This document shows, in pieces, positions 61,418-64,000 of a stretch of DNA of 64,000 bases. The notes beneath the pieces were generated by a model that made no database searches, had not been told where the DNA came from, and worked only from the letters and a program-made list of their open reading frames with translations. Within the stretch, counting starts at the first letter, position 1, and every line of letters begins with the position of its first letter. The stretch covers positions 5,146,001-5,210,000 of the forward strand of contig OZ249444.1 of the NCBI GenBank assembly GCA_965235115.1, given 5' to 3'. The position numbers and the translations under genes are program-made. The stretch is from Laetmonice hystrix (lineage: Eukaryota).

Positions 61418-62434
61418 CAAGTTAGACATAATCTGATTTTGTCCTATTGTCGAAGTTTCTGAAGTACAAAGTACAAGTAATTTTTCACGTTCGAAAATAA
61501 GAATATCGTCAGTGCCTTTCTCCCTTTTTTCTTTCCTTTCTTTGTTCTTACAGAGAAGTTTATCAAGACGTTGTAATTGATTGGATAAAAACACCGACTC
61601 ATTTTCTACGCTTGGAGCCAAGAATCGCCATTGATGAAAGAGACTGTCACAATGTTTGAATGCGGCAAATATGTTCACTCAAAGAGAATGTAATGATATT
61701 CAGACTTCTGTTTGAGGAGACGTAAAAACGAAGATTGCTTGCACAAAAGGATGTTTTATGGATGTTAGAGGAAACATCCATAACAGAGTGGTTTTTTTAT
61801 GGACCAGCCCCCGCCTTCTCTCTTTCGGCATCAGAGAACACACTTATCGTTTTATACCGATCACCCCAACAGTCCTCAGTGCCATCTACAAGTCATGCGG
61901 TTAAACGAAGAGGCATAGAGGCAAGACGCCAAGGACTTCATAGAGTACAAAAGAGTCCTTAGCGATGTTGAGAATGTGCCTGTAGTGCCTTTGACGCTTC
62001 TGGTATTTTAAGTATCCGTTAATTGCGTCGTATGTTTTAGGTAAGATCGTGTGTTAGGAGTTAAAACGGAGGCGGATAATGAAGGTACTTGAGATGACAT
62101 ATCAGTCTCACAAACGACATTAAAGCAGCGATACCCAATCTCCTCATGGCTATAGGCAGAACAAGAATATAGCCATACTCCTATAATAACCTTATGTAAC
62201 CTTGGGGAGTGCACTATGTGACCTTTCTGACCCCTAAGACGTGAAAGGCGCCAGTGCTACACTGTCTGAGCTGTTCACGTAGACGAACATCAGACGGTGG
62301 TTCCATTCAGCACTGACACAGTGGCCTTTGGGCATCTTTCAATAGAAGAAAGTTATCATGGTGTATGGGGGCTCTTCCTAAAAACATGAAGATGAAAGGT
62401 TTGTTTGCCAGACTCAACGCCGTAGCACCGTCTG

Positions 62435-62692
62435 CAGAGGCGGATCGAGGGGGGGGGGGCAGGGGCCTGTCCCCCCTAAATTTTGGACAAGAATAGTATA
62501 ACTTTGGCCCAAATGAACCCAGCCACCCTTTTCTAGCAGTAAAGTAAGGTCTAACAGTAAACCTGGAGATGAAGATTGAAATTTGTTTAAAACATGATTT
62601 AGTTATCAGCAGTTCAGGACCAGCCACCCGTTTCTGACTTCGTCCCGGTGCCCCCCCCCCCCCCCTAGGCGAAAATCCTGGATCCGCCCCTG
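62435..62692. mobile_element. 258-bp MITE of the CAGGGGCGGATCCAG family (hAT5-like)
   Basis: TIR 14/16; flanks GTCTG and GTCTA (4/5). Confidence 0.7.
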
Positions 62693-63854
62693 GTCTAGTT
62701 ACTACTAGAATGCGTACACCATGGATCCATGGTCATGGTCATGGTCTTTCTGCTTCATTGAAGGTTGACATTTTCAAAGCTTACTCAAAACCAACGTCAA
62801 CTTAAGTATATAGAGTCTATACCGGATGGGATTAAAGATATAAAAAATAGGCACTCGACTTGTTGGCTGCTTGCCCGGATGTCTCTCATGAACAGAAAAG
62901 GAAGTTAGAACGGCAATTTTTAGTACGAATCAGCCAGACAAGCCCCTGAAGGCTGACGGTGTATATTAGCATTGACACCATAGTTCACCGTTATAGAAGC
63001 CGACGGGAACCAAAGAATGGATAAGGAATTGTCGACTTAAGGCTACACAGGCATCCTATAGTGTATAGCAGGCGCGTGAGATTTATAAATGAATCCACTT
63101 TCTAAAGGAAATCCCCCCACTCACTTTTCACCAGGGTAGAATATTCTCCGAAGGTTCGAGAAGACGAAGTTTTAAATGCAACAGATCACGACAGAAGGGC
63201 TATTGTTCATAGTTTTCAAAAGCTGAGGTCTTTGAGTTATGGCAAGGGTTTTAACATGCAGAGACCATAGCCAGAACTTTTTAATCAACATTGCGTAGAA
63301 ATGAGTCGTTCATCATGTCATGTTCTGCGCGTGCACGGGAGAGCCGAGCATCTTTTGGGGACCAAAGAGTATTATTTTTTTATAAGAATAATGACATTAA
63401 TAGCAGTTTATTAAAACAGACTTTCATTACAGATGATCTAGTGTTCGGTTTGTAATTAATGATTAATTAGACTTTGTGGTAAATCGAGGAAGGTTTCGGT
63501 CGTTATTGTGATCTAACATGTCGTGTGACATGAAATATGGAGCATGTATCATGTATTTCTGTTTACCAACGTTAACATATAAAGTAACATGTATCCGTAC
63601 TGTTACACATAGAGATTTCATATTTTGTGCGCTAGGTGACACCTCCTCATCCCCTGCTATTATAGTATCCGCCATGGTCAGTCGCCCATGTTAGGGCAAA
63701 TTATTGTCACAGCTGTACTGTGTACCAGAGGTGTGAGTGTACGTAGGACCCGGCGTCTCCCGACTTCCTATATCTCTAGCAGTTAGGCGAGAACGAGAAT
63801 TGTGGGCTAGGGCTTATAAACAACCCCTCTCTGAGAGAGTGACCGGAGAAGGGC

Positions 63855-64000
63855 ATCAGGGACCAGGCCAGTGTAAGGCTGACCAGGGACCAGGCCAGTG
63901 TAAGGCTGAGCAGGGATCAGGGACCAGGCCAGTGTAAGGCTGACCAGGGACCAGGCCTGGCCAGGCCAGGGTAAGGCTGACCAGGGATCAGGGACCAGGC
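63855..64000 (+). repeat. 27-bp tandem repeat CAGGGACCAGGCCAGTGTAAGGCTGAC, runs off the window end
   Basis: Direct inspection; imperfect units. Confidence 0.9.

Overview
Eukaryotic scaffold, probably from an invertebrate animal (spliceosomal introns, MITEs, minisatellites, one N-gap at 53165-53360). The only protein I can recognise is a transposase. It lies in an apparently intact 4,803-bp Sola-type (probably Sola1) cut-and-paste DNA transposon at 7500-12302. The element has 21-bp perfect TIRs, an ATTT target-site duplication, and a five-exon, stop-free 706-aa gene with a DDD triad. The rest is intronic or intergenic DNA holding about 10 small non-autonomous elements (PIF/Harbinger-like, Kolobok-like TTAA, hAT5/hAT6-like, a 59-bp TAG..CTA element with a 9-bp TSD, long hairpins) and 13 tandem arrays (about 7.5 kb, mostly G-rich on +). 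There are also several splice-site-bounded candidate exons of unidentified host gene(s) on both strands. Almost all ORFs in the supplied track are spurious or repeat-derived. I found no rRNA, intact tRNA or CRISPR array. All coordinates and alignments were done by eye; no database search was run.
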